Positions 31,476-41,867 are shown, counted from the first letter of the stretch. The stretch is 64,000 nucleotides of DNA from Alphaproteobacteria bacterium (GCA_965237415.1 CBDEFM010000002.1:2528001-2592000); one strand, 5' to 3'. Program-made: numbers and translations. The notes: a model not told the origin generated them from the sequence alone.

Positions 31476-32237
31476 CTAATACTGCACGCGCTGCGTAATC
31501 CCGCCGTCCACCACCAGGTTTGCGCCTGTGGTGAAGCCTGAGACCGGGCTCGCGAGGAAGGCCACTGCATCGGCCACCTCCTCGGGCGTCCCCATCCGGC
31601 CGGTGGGGTTGCGTGCGAGCGCCGCCTCGTAGCTCTCGGGGTCGTCAAGGCGCCGCTGGTCCCAGACACCGCCTTCGAAGAAGATTGTGCCCGGCGAGAC
31701 GCAGTTCGCACGGATGCCGCTGCCGGCGAGCGCGTTGGCGAGGTTCGACGTGTAGTTGATGACGGCGGCCTTGACCGAGTTGTAGGGGCGCACGCCGCCG
31801 AAGCTCTCGACGCCAGCGACGCTGGATACGGTGACGATCGCCGCGGCCTCCGAGCTCTCGAGGTGTGGCATGGCCGCCTCCACCGTGCGCACGGTGCCGA
31901 GCACGTCGACCTCGAAGCCGGCCCGCCAGGCGGCTTCGTCGGACGCACCGGCGAGCGCGCTCACGTTGGCGACCACGATGTCGATGCCGCCGAGCTCGGC
32001 CGCCATCGCGGCGGTCCACCGCTTCACCGCCGCACCGTCGGCCACGTCGCAGGCAGCGCCGATGACAGAGAGGCCATCGGCCGCGAAGGCCGCCAGCACC
32101 GCATCGAGCCGAGTACCGTCCCGCGCGCAGATGCCGACCCGGCAACCCTCCAGCGCGAGCCGCCGCGCGATCGTGTGGCCGATCCCCCGCGTGCCCCCCG
32201 TTACAATGGCCTTCCTGCCGTCAAGCTTGAGGTCCAT
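31476..32237 (-). CDS. Short-chain dehydrogenase/reductase
   Basis: TGGTRGIG, YNSVK, NCVSPG. Confidence 0.9.
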   Translation of the reverse strand: MDLKLDGRKAIVTGGTRGIGHTIARRLALEGCRVGICARDGTRLDAVLAAFAADGLSVIGAACDVADGAAVKRWTAAMAAELGGIDIVVANVSALAGASDEAAWRAGFEVDVLGTVRTVEAAMPHLESSEAAAIVTVSSVAGVESFGGVRPYNSVKAAVINYTSNLANALAGSGIRANCVSPGTIFFEGGVWDQRRLDDPESYEAALARNPTGRMGTPEEVADAVAFLASPVSGFTTGANLVVDGGITQRVQY

Positions 32238-32330
32238 GTCCTTGCACCCCCTTGCGCGGGGATGCTTCCGCCCCGCCGGGCCCGAGTGTCGGGCGCCTGC
32301 GCGTGCTTGTCCAGCCGGCGCCGGCGAGCG

Positions 32331-33467
32331 CTACGACTGGCCGGGAAGAAGCTCGCGATAGACGTCGAGGGTCGCGCTGCACATGCCGTCCAGCGTGAAG
32401 TTGCGGCGCACGTGGGCCTGGCCGGCTGCGGCCATCCTCTCGTGCTCGGCGGGGCTCGCCGCCAGTGCCTGGCGAATTGCATGCGCCAGCGCGTCCGCGT
32501 CGCCCGGCGGCACCAGCCATCCGGTCTCGCCGTCAAGCACGGTCTCGCACGCCCCGCCGTGGCCCGCAGCAATCGCCCGCCGCCCCATGGCTTGCGCCTC
32601 GGCGGGGACACGGCCGAACGCCTCCGGCCGGAGCGAGGGGGAGACCACCACGTCCGCCAGCATGTAGGCCGCCGGCATGTCCCGGCACGCGCCGGTGAGC
32701 TGGACGGTATGGGCCGTGCCCAGCGCTTCGATCCGCCGCTCGATTCGCGTGCGATAGCCCGCGTGCCCCGGGTCGGCGGTGCCGACGAACAGGCAGCAGA
32801 CGCTTTCCTCGACCCGCGCCAGCGCGTCGAGAAGAGCGAGGTGCCCCTTCAACGCGGTCAAGCGTCCCGGCAGCATGACGATCGGCCGCCCGTCCGGCAC
32901 GCGCCAGGCGTTGCGGAGCGCCGCGATCCTCTCCGGGCCAACGCGCGCTGGATCGAAGGCGGATAGATCCACGCCGCGCGGGATGGTTCTGATTCTGTCC
33001 GGCGTGACGCCGTAGGTCTCGACGATGTGTCGCGCGATGAATTCCGAGATCGCGATGACACGGGCGCCCCGCGCCATGATCGCGTTGTAGCGGTGCTTCC
33101 CCGGCCAACCGGTTGAATAAGCGCCGTGGAAGGTAGTAACGAACGGCCGTCCGGTCCGCCGCGCCGCGTAACAGGCGAGCCAGGCCGGCCAGCGCGAGCG
33201 GGCGTGGACGAGATCCACGCCCTCCTCGGCGATCAGGCGTGCGAGGAGCCGGATCGCGCCCGGAGCCTGCATGGGGCTGCGGCGTGCGACCGGCAGCGCC
33301 GCGTGGTGCGCGCCGGCGTCGGCGGCCTGTTCCCGGTCCGCCTCTCTCTCGCTTACGATGACGGAGCGCCAGCCGGCGGCAACCAGGGCGCGCGAAATAT
33401 CGAGCGTGCCGCGTTCCACGCCGCCGCCCCCGGCGAGGCTCGGCAAGACCTGGAGAACCGTTGGCAT
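32331..33467 (-). CDS. Glycosyltransferase family 4
   Basis: GGVERGT, VHARSR, TTFHG, PGRLT..KG, PEAFGRVPAEAQAMG. Confidence 0.9.
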   Translation of the reverse strand: MPTVLQVLPSLAGGGGVERGTLDISRALVAAGWRSVIVSEREADREQAADAGAHHAALPVARRSPMQAPGAIRLLARLIAEEGVDLVHARSRWPAWLACYAARRTGRPFVTTFHGAYSTGWPGKHRYNAIMARGARVIAISEFIARHIVETYGVTPDRIRTIPRGVDLSAFDPARVGPERIAALRNAWRVPDGRPIVMLPGRLTALKGHLALLDALARVEESVCCLFVGTADPGHAGYRTRIERRIEALGTAHTVQLTGACRDMPAAYMLADVVVSPSLRPEAFGRVPAEAQAMGRRAIAAGHGGACETVLDGETGWLVPPGDADALAHAIRQALAASPAEHERMAAAGQAHVRRNFTLDGMCSATLDVYRELLPGQS

Positions 33468-33861
33468 GAAGACCGTCCCGGACCGGGTCGGGCCCGGCCG
33501 GTGAGTATCGCAAACCGCCGCGGTCGCGTCGAGCTTAGCCCGGTGTCGGGCGCGGGTCCGAGGCCGGCTCGGGGGCCGGCCTCGGCGCTCAACCCGCATT
33601 TCTCACCACGGTCATGGTCTGCGCGACGCTGTCCGGCCGAGAGGGCAGGAGAGGCGCGCAGCGCGATGCGGGGACATCGGGCAAGAGTTTCGACGCACCC
33701 TGTCGGCCGGACAGCGCCGCCCTTCGGGTCGCGTCCAGGCGCCCGCCCGCGGCGTCGCGGGCCTCAACCGTATACCCCGATACGCTTTTCGGCCCGCTCC
33801 TGGCGGATCGGACGCCTGAATGCGACGCAGGCCGTGACCGTGGTGAGAAATGCGGGTCAGA

Positions 33862-34047
33862 CTACCGACTAATGTAGATGCCCGGAATCCGCGACCTCAC
33901 GATTTCGCCGCGCACCGCCTCGTCAATACTGGACCGTGTGAGCCCGATATCGGCAAGATCGTGGTCGGTCAGGCGCTGGAGCTCCTGCCGCGCACGGTGG
34001 CGCTCCTGCCATTTCCGGACCGCCTGGGTGATGTTTGAAATATCCAT
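33862..34047 (-). CDS. DUF1127 (YjiS-like) small protein
   Basis: RARQELQRLTDHDLADIGLTRSSI; strong AGGAGGTGAGG RBS. Confidence 0.85.
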   Translation of the reverse strand: MDISNITQAVRKWQERHRARQELQRLTDHDLADIGLTRSSIDEAVRGEIVRSRIPGIYISR

Positions 34048-34280
34048 GTCCTCACCTCCTGTTACCGGAGTGTCACCGGTGCTGCGGCGCCCGCCTCCGG
34101 GACCACCGCGTACCATTCCTGATTCCGATATGTGTCCTGCCGAGGCGCCCTGGAACCCCCGTGCCCGGCATGGCTGCCATGCTGCTGCGGCAGTTGTGCA
34201 GGGTCCGACACGTACCTGTGGCTTCCGGCGCTCGATCCGGGCGCGGGGAACGCCTATTCTTCGCGCGCGACCCAACCACG

Positions 34281-35183
34281 ATGACTGAGCCAAGCATGTT
34301 CGAAAGCTTCACCCAGACCCGGATCGAGACCTCGTCCACCGCCATAAATCTGGTGCAGGGCGGCGAGGGCCCGCCGCTCCTCCTGCTCCACGGCTACCCG
34401 CAGACCCACGTGATGTGGCACAAGGTGGCGCCGGCGCTCGCCGCGCACTACACGGTGGTGGCGCCCGACCTGCGCGGCTACGGCGACAGCGGCAAGCCGG
34501 CCTCCGACGATTTTGGCGACCATTGCAAGCGCGCCTCGGCGCGGGACCAGGTCGAGGTGATGGCGGCGCTGGGCTTCGATCGCTTCCACGTCGTCGGCCA
34601 CGACCGTGGCGCCCGCGTCGGCCATCGCATGGCGCTCGACCATCCGGCGCAGGTGCGTACCTTCGCCTCGCTCGACGTGGTGGCCTCCCAGGCGGTCTTC
34701 GAGAACATGGACCGCGACCTCGCGTTCTCATTTTTCCACTGGCACCTGATGCGCCAGCCGGCGCCGTTCCCGGAGACGCTGATCGGCAACAGCCCAAAAC
34801 TCTTCCTCGACTTCCTGCTGGCGCACTGGTGCGCGGTCGCGGGCGCGATCGTGCCCGAGGCCTATGACGAGTATCTGCGCTGCTTTAGCGATCGCGAGAC
34901 GCTGCGCTGCATGTGCATGGACTACCGCGCCATCGAGCTAGACCTCGTCCATGACGAGGAGGACCGGGGCCGGCGCATTTCATGCCCGATGCTGGTGCTG
35001 TGGGCCGGCGACATGGCCCGGCGCCCCGGCTGGCAGACCGGCGGGGCGCTCTGCGTGCTGGAGAGCTGGCGCGAGCGGGCGGAGGACGTGCAGGGCCGGG
35101 CGCTCGACTGCGGCCACTTCCTGCCCGAGGAGGCGCCGGAGGAAACCGTGCGCGAGATCCTGGCCTTCCTCGCCGATCGCTGA
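34281..35183 (+). CDS. Alpha/beta hydrolase resembling fluoroacetate/haloacetate dehalogenase
   Basis: LLHGYPQTHVMW, GHDRGARV, FHW, DYRA, GHFLPEEAP. Confidence 0.85.
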   Translation: MTEPSMFESFTQTRIETSSTAINLVQGGEGPPLLLLHGYPQTHVMWHKVAPALAAHYTVVAPDLRGYGDSGKPASDDFGDHCKRASARDQVEVMAALGFDRFHVVGHDRGARVGHRMALDHPAQVRTFASLDVVASQAVFENMDRDLAFSFFHWHLMRQPAPFPETLIGNSPKLFLDFLLAHWCAVAGAIVPEAYDEYLRCFSDRETLRCMCMDYRAIELDLVHDEEDRGRRISCPMLVLWAGDMARRPGWQTGGALCVLESWRERAEDVQGRALDCGHFLPEEAPEETVREILAFLADR

Positions 35184-35201
35184 GGCGATGCTCCGTCGGG
35201 G

Positions 35202-36785
35202 CTAATCGCCCGCGCGCAGCTTGTAGCGCTGAATCTTGCCGGTTGCGGTCTTGGGCAGACTGTCGACGTAGCGGAGCCAGCGCGGATACTTGTAGCGCGC
35301 GAGCGCCGCCTTGCAGTGGGCGACCAGCGCCTCGCTCAGGCGCTCGCTGGCGGTGTGCCCCTCGGCGAGCACGATCCAGGCCTCGGGCTTGATCAGCCCG
35401 TCGTCGTCGGCGCGGCCTACCACGGCGGCTTCCAGCACCGCCTCATGGGCGATCAGGCGGGCTTCGATCTCGACTGGGGAGACCCAGATTCCGCCGACCT
35501 TGAGCATGTCGTCCGAGCGCCCGCAACACACGTAACAGCCGGCCTCGTCGACGCTGTAGGTATCGCCGGTGCGGAGCCACGCGCCGTCGAACGCGGCCGC
35601 CGTGCGCTCCGGCTCGCCCCAATACTCGGCGATGAGGGATTGCCCGCGAATCAACAGGTTGCCGGTCTCGCCGGGCGCCACGTCGCGCCCGCCATCGTCG
35701 ACCAAGCGCGCCTCGTAGCCCGCTACGAGCGTGCCGCTGGTGCCGGGCGCCACCGCGCCCGGCCGGTTGGAGATGAATATGTGCAGGCTCTCGGTCGTTC
35801 CGATCCCGTCGACGATGTCGAGCCCCGTGGCGGCGCGCCAGCGTTCGAGCAGCGGCGCCGGCAGCGGCTCGCCGGCCGAGACGCAGAGCCGCACGCTGGA
35901 AAGGTCCGGCGTCGCGCTCTCCAGCGCCTGCAGCTGCGCGGCATAGAGCGTCGGCACGCCGTAGTAGAGCGTAGGCCTAAATTCCTCGATTGTGGCGAAG
36001 GTCGAGGCCGGCGTGGGCCGGTCGGCGCTGAGTACCGCCATGCCGCCGGTCCAGAGCGGGAATGTCATGGCGTTGCCGAGCCCGTAGGCGAAGAACAGCT
36101 TGGCGGCGGAGAAGTGGGTGTCGTTCTCGGTGATGCCGAGCGTATCGACCCCGAAATACTGGCTGGTCACCACCATGTCGCGATGGCGATGAACGCCACC
36201 CTTGGGCGTGCCGGTCGATCCCGACGTGTAGAGCCAGAACGCCGGGTCATCGGCGGATGCCGGCGCCGGCGCCAGCGCCTTCGGCGCTTCGGCAAGCCGC
36301 GCGGCGAAGGAATCGCCCTCGCCTTCGGCAGGCAGCGCATGCGCCGGCCGGTATGACGCCCCGGCCAGCGCGCCGGCGATTTCGTCGGCGAACTCGGGCG
36401 ACCACACGATGCAGGCGGCGCGCGCGTTATCGATCACGACGCGATAGTCCGGGGCCCGCAGCAGGGTGTTGAGCGGGACCGGCACGAACCCCGCCTTGAT
36501 CGCGCCCCAGAACAGATAGAAGAACAGGGGGCAATCCTTCACCACCATCAGAACGCGATCGCCGGGGCTGAGCCCCAGCGTTGCGAGCGCGTTTCCCGCG
36601 CGGTTCACGTTGGCGGCGAGCGCGGCATAGGTCACATCGCCGTGCGTATCGCGGATCGCCACCTTGGCACCGCGTCCTTCCGCAAGATGCCTGTCGATGA
36701 ACGGCACCGCGACGTTGAAGACCTCGGCGAACGCCAGCGCGGTCGGCGTTTGCGCGGTGTCGACCGCAACGGTGTGGTCGTCCAT
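35202..36785 (-). CDS. Benzoate-CoA ligase family acyl-CoA synthetase
   Basis: WLYTSGSTGTPKG, AKLFFAYGLGN, SAGEPL, DGIGTTE..HIF, LPKTATGKIQR. Confidence 0.9.
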   Translation of the reverse strand: MDDHTVAVDTAQTPTALAFAEVFNVAVPFIDRHLAEGRGAKVAIRDTHGDVTYAALAANVNRAGNALATLGLSPGDRVLMVVKDCPLFFYLFWGAIKAGFVPVPLNTLLRAPDYRVVIDNARAACIVWSPEFADEIAGALAGASYRPAHALPAEGEGDSFAARLAEAPKALAPAPASADDPAFWLYTSGSTGTPKGGVHRHRDMVVTSQYFGVDTLGITENDTHFSAAKLFFAYGLGNAMTFPLWTGGMAVLSADRPTPASTFATIEEFRPTLYYGVPTLYAAQLQALESATPDLSSVRLCVSAGEPLPAPLLERWRAATGLDIVDGIGTTESLHIFISNRPGAVAPGTSGTLVAGYEARLVDDGGRDVAPGETGNLLIRGQSLIAEYWGEPERTAAAFDGAWLRTGDTYSVDEAGCYVCCGRSDDMLKVGGIWVSPVEIEARLIAHEAVLEAAVVGRADDDGLIKPEAWIVLAEGHTASERLSEALVAHCKAALARYKYPRWLRYVDSLPKTATGKIQRYKLRAGD

Positions 36786-36938
36786 GGCATTCCCCTGCCG
36801 TCCCGGGTGCGCAAATGCATCCGTGCCTGGCGGAGCGGCCAGGGTAACCTATGCCGTATTGCGCGCGCCCGCAGTCTTCAAATCATGAACGGCGCGCGTG
36901 CGGTGCGCGGCGCAGGTCGGGATCAGGGGAACGAGTTC

Positions 36939-38531
36939 GTGGCGTGGGATTACATCGTCGTGGGCGCTGGCTCCGCCGGCTGTGCCATCGCCGGGCGCCT
37001 GTCGGAGGACGGGCAAAGCCGCGTGCTGGTGCTGGAGGCAGGCGGGTCGGATCGGCGCCTCGCCATTGCGATGCCGGCAGCCAGCTTCCTCCTCGCACTG
37101 GGCAACCCGCGCTACGACTGGGCGTACAAGGCCGAGCCGGACCCGACGCGGAACGGGCGCCGCGACCTCATGCCGCGCGGCAAGGTGCTGGGCGGCACCA
37201 GCGCGATCAACGGCATGTCCTATGTGCGCGGCCAGCCGGCGGACTATGATGGATGGGCCGCCCTCGGCTGCCGCGGCTGGGACTTCGCAAGCGTGCTGCC
37301 CTACTTCAAGCGCGCGGAGGACAACGAGAACGGCGCCGACGCCTACCACAGCACGGGCGGCCCGCTCGCGGTCTCCAACAGCCGCACGCGGCATCCGCTG
37401 TCGGAGGCCTATCTCCGATCCTGCATTGATATCGGGCTCCAGCGCATGGCCGATATCAACACGCCGCCTCAAGCGGGCGTCGGCTACGTGCCCGTCACCC
37501 AGCGCCGGGGGCGGCGGTGGAGCGCGGCTCGCGCCTATCTCCGCCCGGCGATGGGGCGGAAGAACGTGCGGGTGCTGACACATGCCCACGTGCTGCGTGT
37601 GCTGTTCGAGGGCAAACGTGCCACCGGCGTCGAGTACGTCCACCGGGGACGCACCGTGCGGGCGGAGGCGGCTGGCGCGGTGATTCTCTCCGCCGGCGCC
37701 TTCGCGTCGCCGCAGCTCCTCATGCTCTCAGGCGTCGGGCCCGCCTCCCATGTGAGCGAATTCGGCGTGCCGGTGGTGCACGACCTGCCAGGCGTCGGCG
37801 AGAACCTTCAGGATCATCCGGGCCTCGCCCAGACCTGCTGGGCAAACGTGACGACCTACAACATGCAAACCGGCCTCGCCCGCGCGCTGGTATTGGGCGC
37901 GCAGTGGCTGCTCACAGGGACCGGGCCGGCCTCCACGCCCCATTCCCAGGTGACCGCCTTCGCGCGCCACGACGGGGGCGCGGGCCGGTCCGACATCCAG
38001 TATCTCTTCTCGCCTGCCGGCTTCGACCTGTCGGAGGAGGGGCCGGTCATGTTCGACCGGCCGGCGGTCACAGGGCTGATCAACGTGCTCCGGCCTTTCT
38101 CCCGCGGCTGGGTACGGCTCGCCTCAGCCGATCCGTTCGCGCAACCGGCGATTCAGCCCAACCTCTTCGCCGACGCGCGCGACCTCGATCTGCTGCTCGC
38201 TGGTGCCAAGCTGCAACGCCGGATCTTCGAGACCGAGCCCTTGTCCCGCTCTATCGTCGGTCACTATCGGCCCAGCAGCGGCGTGCAGAGCGACGACGAG
38301 TGGTGCGCCTATCTGCGCGAGAGCGCCATGAGCGCATACCACCCGGCAGGCACCTGCAAGATGGGCCACGACCCGATGGCCGTCGTCGACGACCGCCTGC
38401 GGGTGCGCGGGCTCGCGAACCTCTATGTCGCGGATGCGTCGATCATGCCGGCGATCGTCAGCGGCAATCTCCACGCGACCTGCGTCATGATTGGTGAGAA
38501 GGCCGCGGACTTGGTTCGGGAGTCACTCTGA
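36939..38531 (+). CDS. GMC oxidoreductase
   Basis: DYIVVGAGSAG, PRGKVLGGTSAINGM, VGENLQDH, YHPAGTCKMG; GTG start assumed. Confidence 0.9.
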   Translation: MAWDYIVVGAGSAGCAIAGRLSEDGQSRVLVLEAGGSDRRLAIAMPAASFLLALGNPRYDWAYKAEPDPTRNGRRDLMPRGKVLGGTSAINGMSYVRGQPADYDGWAALGCRGWDFASVLPYFKRAEDNENGADAYHSTGGPLAVSNSRTRHPLSEAYLRSCIDIGLQRMADINTPPQAGVGYVPVTQRRGRRWSAARAYLRPAMGRKNVRVLTHAHVLRVLFEGKRATGVEYVHRGRTVRAEAAGAVILSAGAFASPQLLMLSGVGPASHVSEFGVPVVHDLPGVGENLQDHPGLAQTCWANVTTYNMQTGLARALVLGAQWLLTGTGPASTPHSQVTAFARHDGGAGRSDIQYLFSPAGFDLSEEGPVMFDRPAVTGLINVLRPFSRGWVRLASADPFAQPAIQPNLFADARDLDLLLAGAKLQRRIFETEPLSRSIVGHYRPSSGVQSDDEWCAYLRESAMSAYHPAGTCKMGHDPMAVVDDRLRVRGLANLYVADASIMPAIVSGNLHATCVMIGEKAADLVRESL

Positions 38532-39356
38532 TCGGCCAGAGCGCTCCAGCCAGGCGTTCACCGCGTCTTCCATGGTGAGGAAGGTCGCGCCCATCCCCTG
38601 GAGCGCGTCGATCAGCCGCTCCAGCATCAGCATGCGGTGGCCGCGGCCGATCACGAAGGGGTGGCAGGTGTAGGTGAGCACGCCCCACTCCAAGGTGCGC
38701 GTCATGTAGTCGAAATCGTCCACCCAGTTCTGCAGCACGCCGCCCGCCGGCATCAGGCCCGGCATGCTGTATTGTTTGTTCCGCACGTATTCGAAGTGCG
38801 GGTAGTCGTCCAGCGTCCAGCTGATCGGCATCTCGACCAGGCTGGTCTCGGGCCCCAAGACCATGGGCTCCTCAAGCGCGATCGCATCGCCCGTGCGCGC
38901 GAAATAGGGCGTGTAGTCGTTCCCCATCATGCTGCTCTCGTAGAGGAAGCCGCGGGAGACCAGGAGCTCGATGGTGTTCTCGCTCAGGTCCCAGGCGGGC
39001 GAGCGGTAGCCGCGGGGCTTCCGCCCGCACAGCTTGATGATCGCATCGGTGCCGCGCTGGAGGCCCGCCTCCTCCTCGTCGCGCGACATGGTGACGGGCG
39101 TCATGTGGGTCCAGCCGTGATGGCCGATCTCGTGGCCGCCCTCGGCGATGCGGGCCGACATCGCCGGATAGGTCTCGATCGTGTGGCCCGGGATGAACCA
39201 GGTCGCAGGGATACCGTGCCGCTGGAGCAGCGCCAGGATGCGCTCGGCGCCGACGAGGCCGAACTCGCCGCGGCTGATCGGCGTTGGCGAGCGCTGGCCC
39301 TGGGCGATGTAGCCCGAGACGGCATCGAAGTCGAAGGTCAGGCAGGTGATGTGCAT
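38523..39356 (-). CDS. Carbohydrate esterase 4 / polysaccharide deacetylase (PuuE/HpPgdA-like)
   Basis: TFDFD, HEIGHHGWTH, GYRSP, LYESS, WTLDDYP, HPFVIGR. Confidence 0.85.
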   Translation of the reverse strand: MHITCLTFDFDAVSGYIAQGQRSPTPISRGEFGLVGAERILALLQRHGIPATWFIPGHTIETYPAMSARIAEGGHEIGHHGWTHMTPVTMSRDEEEAGLQRGTDAIIKLCGRKPRGYRSPAWDLSENTIELLVSRGFLYESSMMGNDYTPYFARTGDAIALEEPMVLGPETSLVEMPISWTLDDYPHFEYVRNKQYSMPGLMPAGGVLQNWVDDFDYMTRTLEWGVLTYTCHPFVIGRGHRMLMLERLIDALQGMGATFLTMEDAVNAWLERSGRSE

Positions 39357-39551
39357 GGCCGTCTCCCTTTAGCCCGGTTTTCGCTTTCATGATGTCTCTT
39401 TCCGCATCATTTCGCACTATTACTCCCTGCCCTGGTCCGCGCATTGCGGTATCGTGAACACCCCGCCACGGTGTGGCTCAACCATGTCGATAATGCGCCG
39501 TCCGATCCCCGGCGCGGTCTGCTCCGGCCGCGCCCCCGATTCAGTCGTGCC

Positions 39552-40427
39552 GTGATCGCGGGATCGGCGCTTCTCGGCGTCGGCGCTGCGGCCAGTTGGG
39601 GCGTCGGCGACTTCGCCGCCCGCTTCCTCGGCCGTGCGATCGGTGTGCCGCAGGCGCTCTTCGGCATGATGCTGGTGGGCAGCCTCGCCATCGGCGTTTA
39701 CATCCTGGCCAGCGGGGAAACGCTTGTCTTGGAGCCCTCCGGGCTCTGGCTGCTGGCTCTCAACGGCGTCGCCACCATGCTGGCGACGTTCATGCTGTTC
39801 GACGCGCTTACCCGCGGCCCGATCTCGCTCGGCTCGCCGATGGTCTCCAGCTACCCGGCCTTCGCGGTGCCGATGACGGTCGTCTTCGGCGCCCGGCCGG
39901 AGCCCATCCACTGGGTCGCGATGGCAGCGACGCTCGGCGGTATCTGGCTGGTTGCCCTCGCGGTTTCCCGCATCGAAGGCGGCGACAAGCCGGAATACGC
40001 GCCGGCGGTGCTGCGGCGAGCGATGCTGACGGCGATCGGCTCGGCGTTCTTCTTCGCCGTCGCCCTTCTCGCCGCGGACGAGGCAATCGAGCGCTACGGG
40101 ATCCCGCTCACGCTGCTGTCGGGGCGGATTGTCGGCGCTGTCGTCCTGGGCGCGAGCTTCCTGGTCATGCGCAAGGTGCCGCGCATGCCGCTCCGCGCGT
40201 GGCCGCTGATCGCCCTCGTCGCCTTGGTGGACACCCTCGGCTACATCTTCGTCTACGCCGGCCTCGCGCTCGAGAACGGCGAGTTCGCGATCGTCACCAG
40301 TTCCGCCTATTCGGTGGTGACGATCCTGCTGGCGCGGATCGTCCTTCGCGAGCAGGTGGTGCCGCTTCAGTGGCTGGGCGTCGCCATCGTGATCGCGGGG
40401 ATCGGGACGCTGTCCGCGACCGGCTAA
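39552..40427 (+). CDS. EamA/DMT-family transporter
   Basis: About 10 TM helices in two repeats; WGVGDF; LARIVLREQ; GTG start assumed. Confidence 0.85.
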   Translation: MIAGSALLGVGAAASWGVGDFAARFLGRAIGVPQALFGMMLVGSLAIGVYILASGETLVLEPSGLWLLALNGVATMLATFMLFDALTRGPISLGSPMVSSYPAFAVPMTVVFGARPEPIHWVAMAATLGGIWLVALAVSRIEGGDKPEYAPAVLRRAMLTAIGSAFFFAVALLAADEAIERYGIPLTLLSGRIVGAVVLGASFLVMRKVPRMPLRAWPLIALVALVDTLGYIFVYAGLALENGEFAIVTSSAYSVVTILLARIVLREQVVPLQWLGVAIVIAGIGTLSATG

Positions 40428-40433
40428 CTCAGA

Positions 40434-40758
40434 CTAGAGCGATTCCGTTTCACACGGAAACGCTCTAGCAATAAGGCTTATCCCCTTGGCTCCGGGAGCG
40501 CATGATGTTGCGTGCCTTCCCACTGCTGGAAGGCCCGGATAAGGCACGGGCTGCGCTGTGATTTTCTGAGTCCGCCGGCTGAAACCGTTGCATTGCGTAG
40601 GTCAATATCTAGACGAACCGGAAGCAAGGGGATAAGCCTTCTAGCAATTTATCGCTCACGGCAGCCGGCCTGCGACCGGCGCCTCCGCGAGGGCACCGCA
40701 GGAGCGGCGGGCCGCGGTCGCGGCCTGTCGCGCGTCCGTCTAGACGGACGCGCTCTAA
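40434..40758. repeat. Family B palindromic element (two hairpins) interrupted by a MITE
   Basis: Left hairpin CTAGAGCGATTCCGT/ACGGAAACGCTCTAG at 40434-40468; perfect 24-bp palindrome GCGCGTCCGTCTAGACGGACGCGC at 40730-40753 followed by TCTAA. Confidence 0.75.
40473..40640. mobile_element. MITE, 168 bp, with 23-bp terminal inverted repeats and an 8-bp target site duplication
   Basis: AAGGCTTATCCCCTTGGCTCCGG (40473-40495) vs CCGGAAGCAAGGGGATAAGCCTT (40618-40640), 21 of 23 complementary; CTAGCAAT directly flanks both ends (40465-40472, 40641-40648). Confidence 0.85.
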
Positions 40759-40759
40759 T

Positions 40760-41857
40760 TCAGATCACCCGCTCGCTCTCCGGATCGACGAGCACGGCCC
40801 GGTTCATGTCCAAATCGAGCGCGAGCGAATCCCCCGGCTGCTCGGCGGCGGAGCCGTCCAAGCGCACGAGCATCGAGGTCTTGCCGAGGTGGAAGTTGAC
40901 GAGCGTGTTGGCACCCATGGGCTCGACAATCTCGACGGTGGTCGCGAGCCGCGCGCAGTCGGGCCTGGGCGTCTCGCCCTCGGCCCGGTACATGTGCTCG
41001 GGCCTGATGCCCAAGAGCACGTCGCGGCCGCCGTCGCCGGCGTAGCGCGCCGCCCGCTCCGGCGGCAGGGCGAAGGCATGGTCACCGGCCCTCACCGCGG
41101 CCGCGCCGTCCGCCGCCTCGATCAGTGCCGTGGCAAAATTCATCGCCGGCGAGCCGATGAAGCCCGCGACGAAGCGGGTCGCCGGCCGCTCGTAGAGCTC
41201 CAGCGGCGGCCCCTCCTGTTCGATCTGGCCGTCGCGCAGCAGCACGATCCTGTCGGCGAGCGTCATCGCCTCCACTTGATCGTGGGTCACGTAGATCATG
41301 GTCCGCTGCATGTCCTGATGCAGCCGCTTGATCTCGGTGCGCATCTCGTCGCGCAGCTGGGCGTCGAGGTTGCTGAGCGGCTCGTCGAAGAGATAGAGCT
41401 TGGCGTCCCGCACCAGCGCGCGGCCCATGGCGACGCGCTGGCGCTGGCCGCCGGAGAGCTGGCGCGGCTGGCGCTCGAGCAGGTCCGCAATCCCCAGCAT
41501 CGTGGCCGCCCGCTCCACCCGCGGGCGAACCTCGGCGGTGGCCGTGCCCCGCATCCGAAGCCCGAAGGCCACGTTCTCGAACACCGACATGTGCGGGTAG
41601 AGCGCGTAGTTCTGAAACACCATGGCCACGTCCCGGTCCTTTGGCCGGACGTCGTTGACCACCGCGCCATCGATCTCCACCGTGCCCTCGGTCACCTCCT
41701 CCAGGCCTGCGATCATGCGCAAGAGCGTGCTCTTGCCGCACCCCGACGGCCCCACCAGCACGGTGAAGGCGCGGTCCGGTATCTCGATATCCACACCGCG
41801 CACGGCATGAACCTTGCCGTAGCGCTTGTGCACGCCGCGCAGCCTGACTCCGGCCAT
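40760..41857 (-). CDS. Carbohydrate ABC transporter ATP-binding protein (MalK/UgpC-like)
   Basis: GPSGCGKS, VFQNYALYPHM, LSGGQRQR, DEPLSNLD. Confidence 0.95.
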   Translation of the reverse strand: MAGVRLRGVHKRYGKVHAVRGVDIEIPDRAFTVLVGPSGCGKSTLLRMIAGLEEVTEGTVEIDGAVVNDVRPKDRDVAMVFQNYALYPHMSVFENVAFGLRMRGTATAEVRPRVERAATMLGIADLLERQPRQLSGGQRQRVAMGRALVRDAKLYLFDEPLSNLDAQLRDEMRTEIKRLHQDMQRTMIYVTHDQVEAMTLADRIVLLRDGQIEQEGPPLELYERPATRFVAGFIGSPAMNFATALIEAADGAAAVRAGDHAFALPPERAARYAGDGGRDVLLGIRPEHMYRAEGETPRPDCARLATTVEIVEPMGANTLVNFHLGKTSMLVRLDGSAAEQPGDSLALDLDMNRAVLVDPESERVI

Positions 41858-41867
41858 CGCGCTCCTC

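Noticed and set aside
33600-33860. Possible cuckoo-type sRNAs (CCUCCUCCC loops) downstream of the DUF1127 gene
   Set aside because: Only one imperfect CU-rich tract (about 33640-33655) is present, with no repeated hairpin modules.
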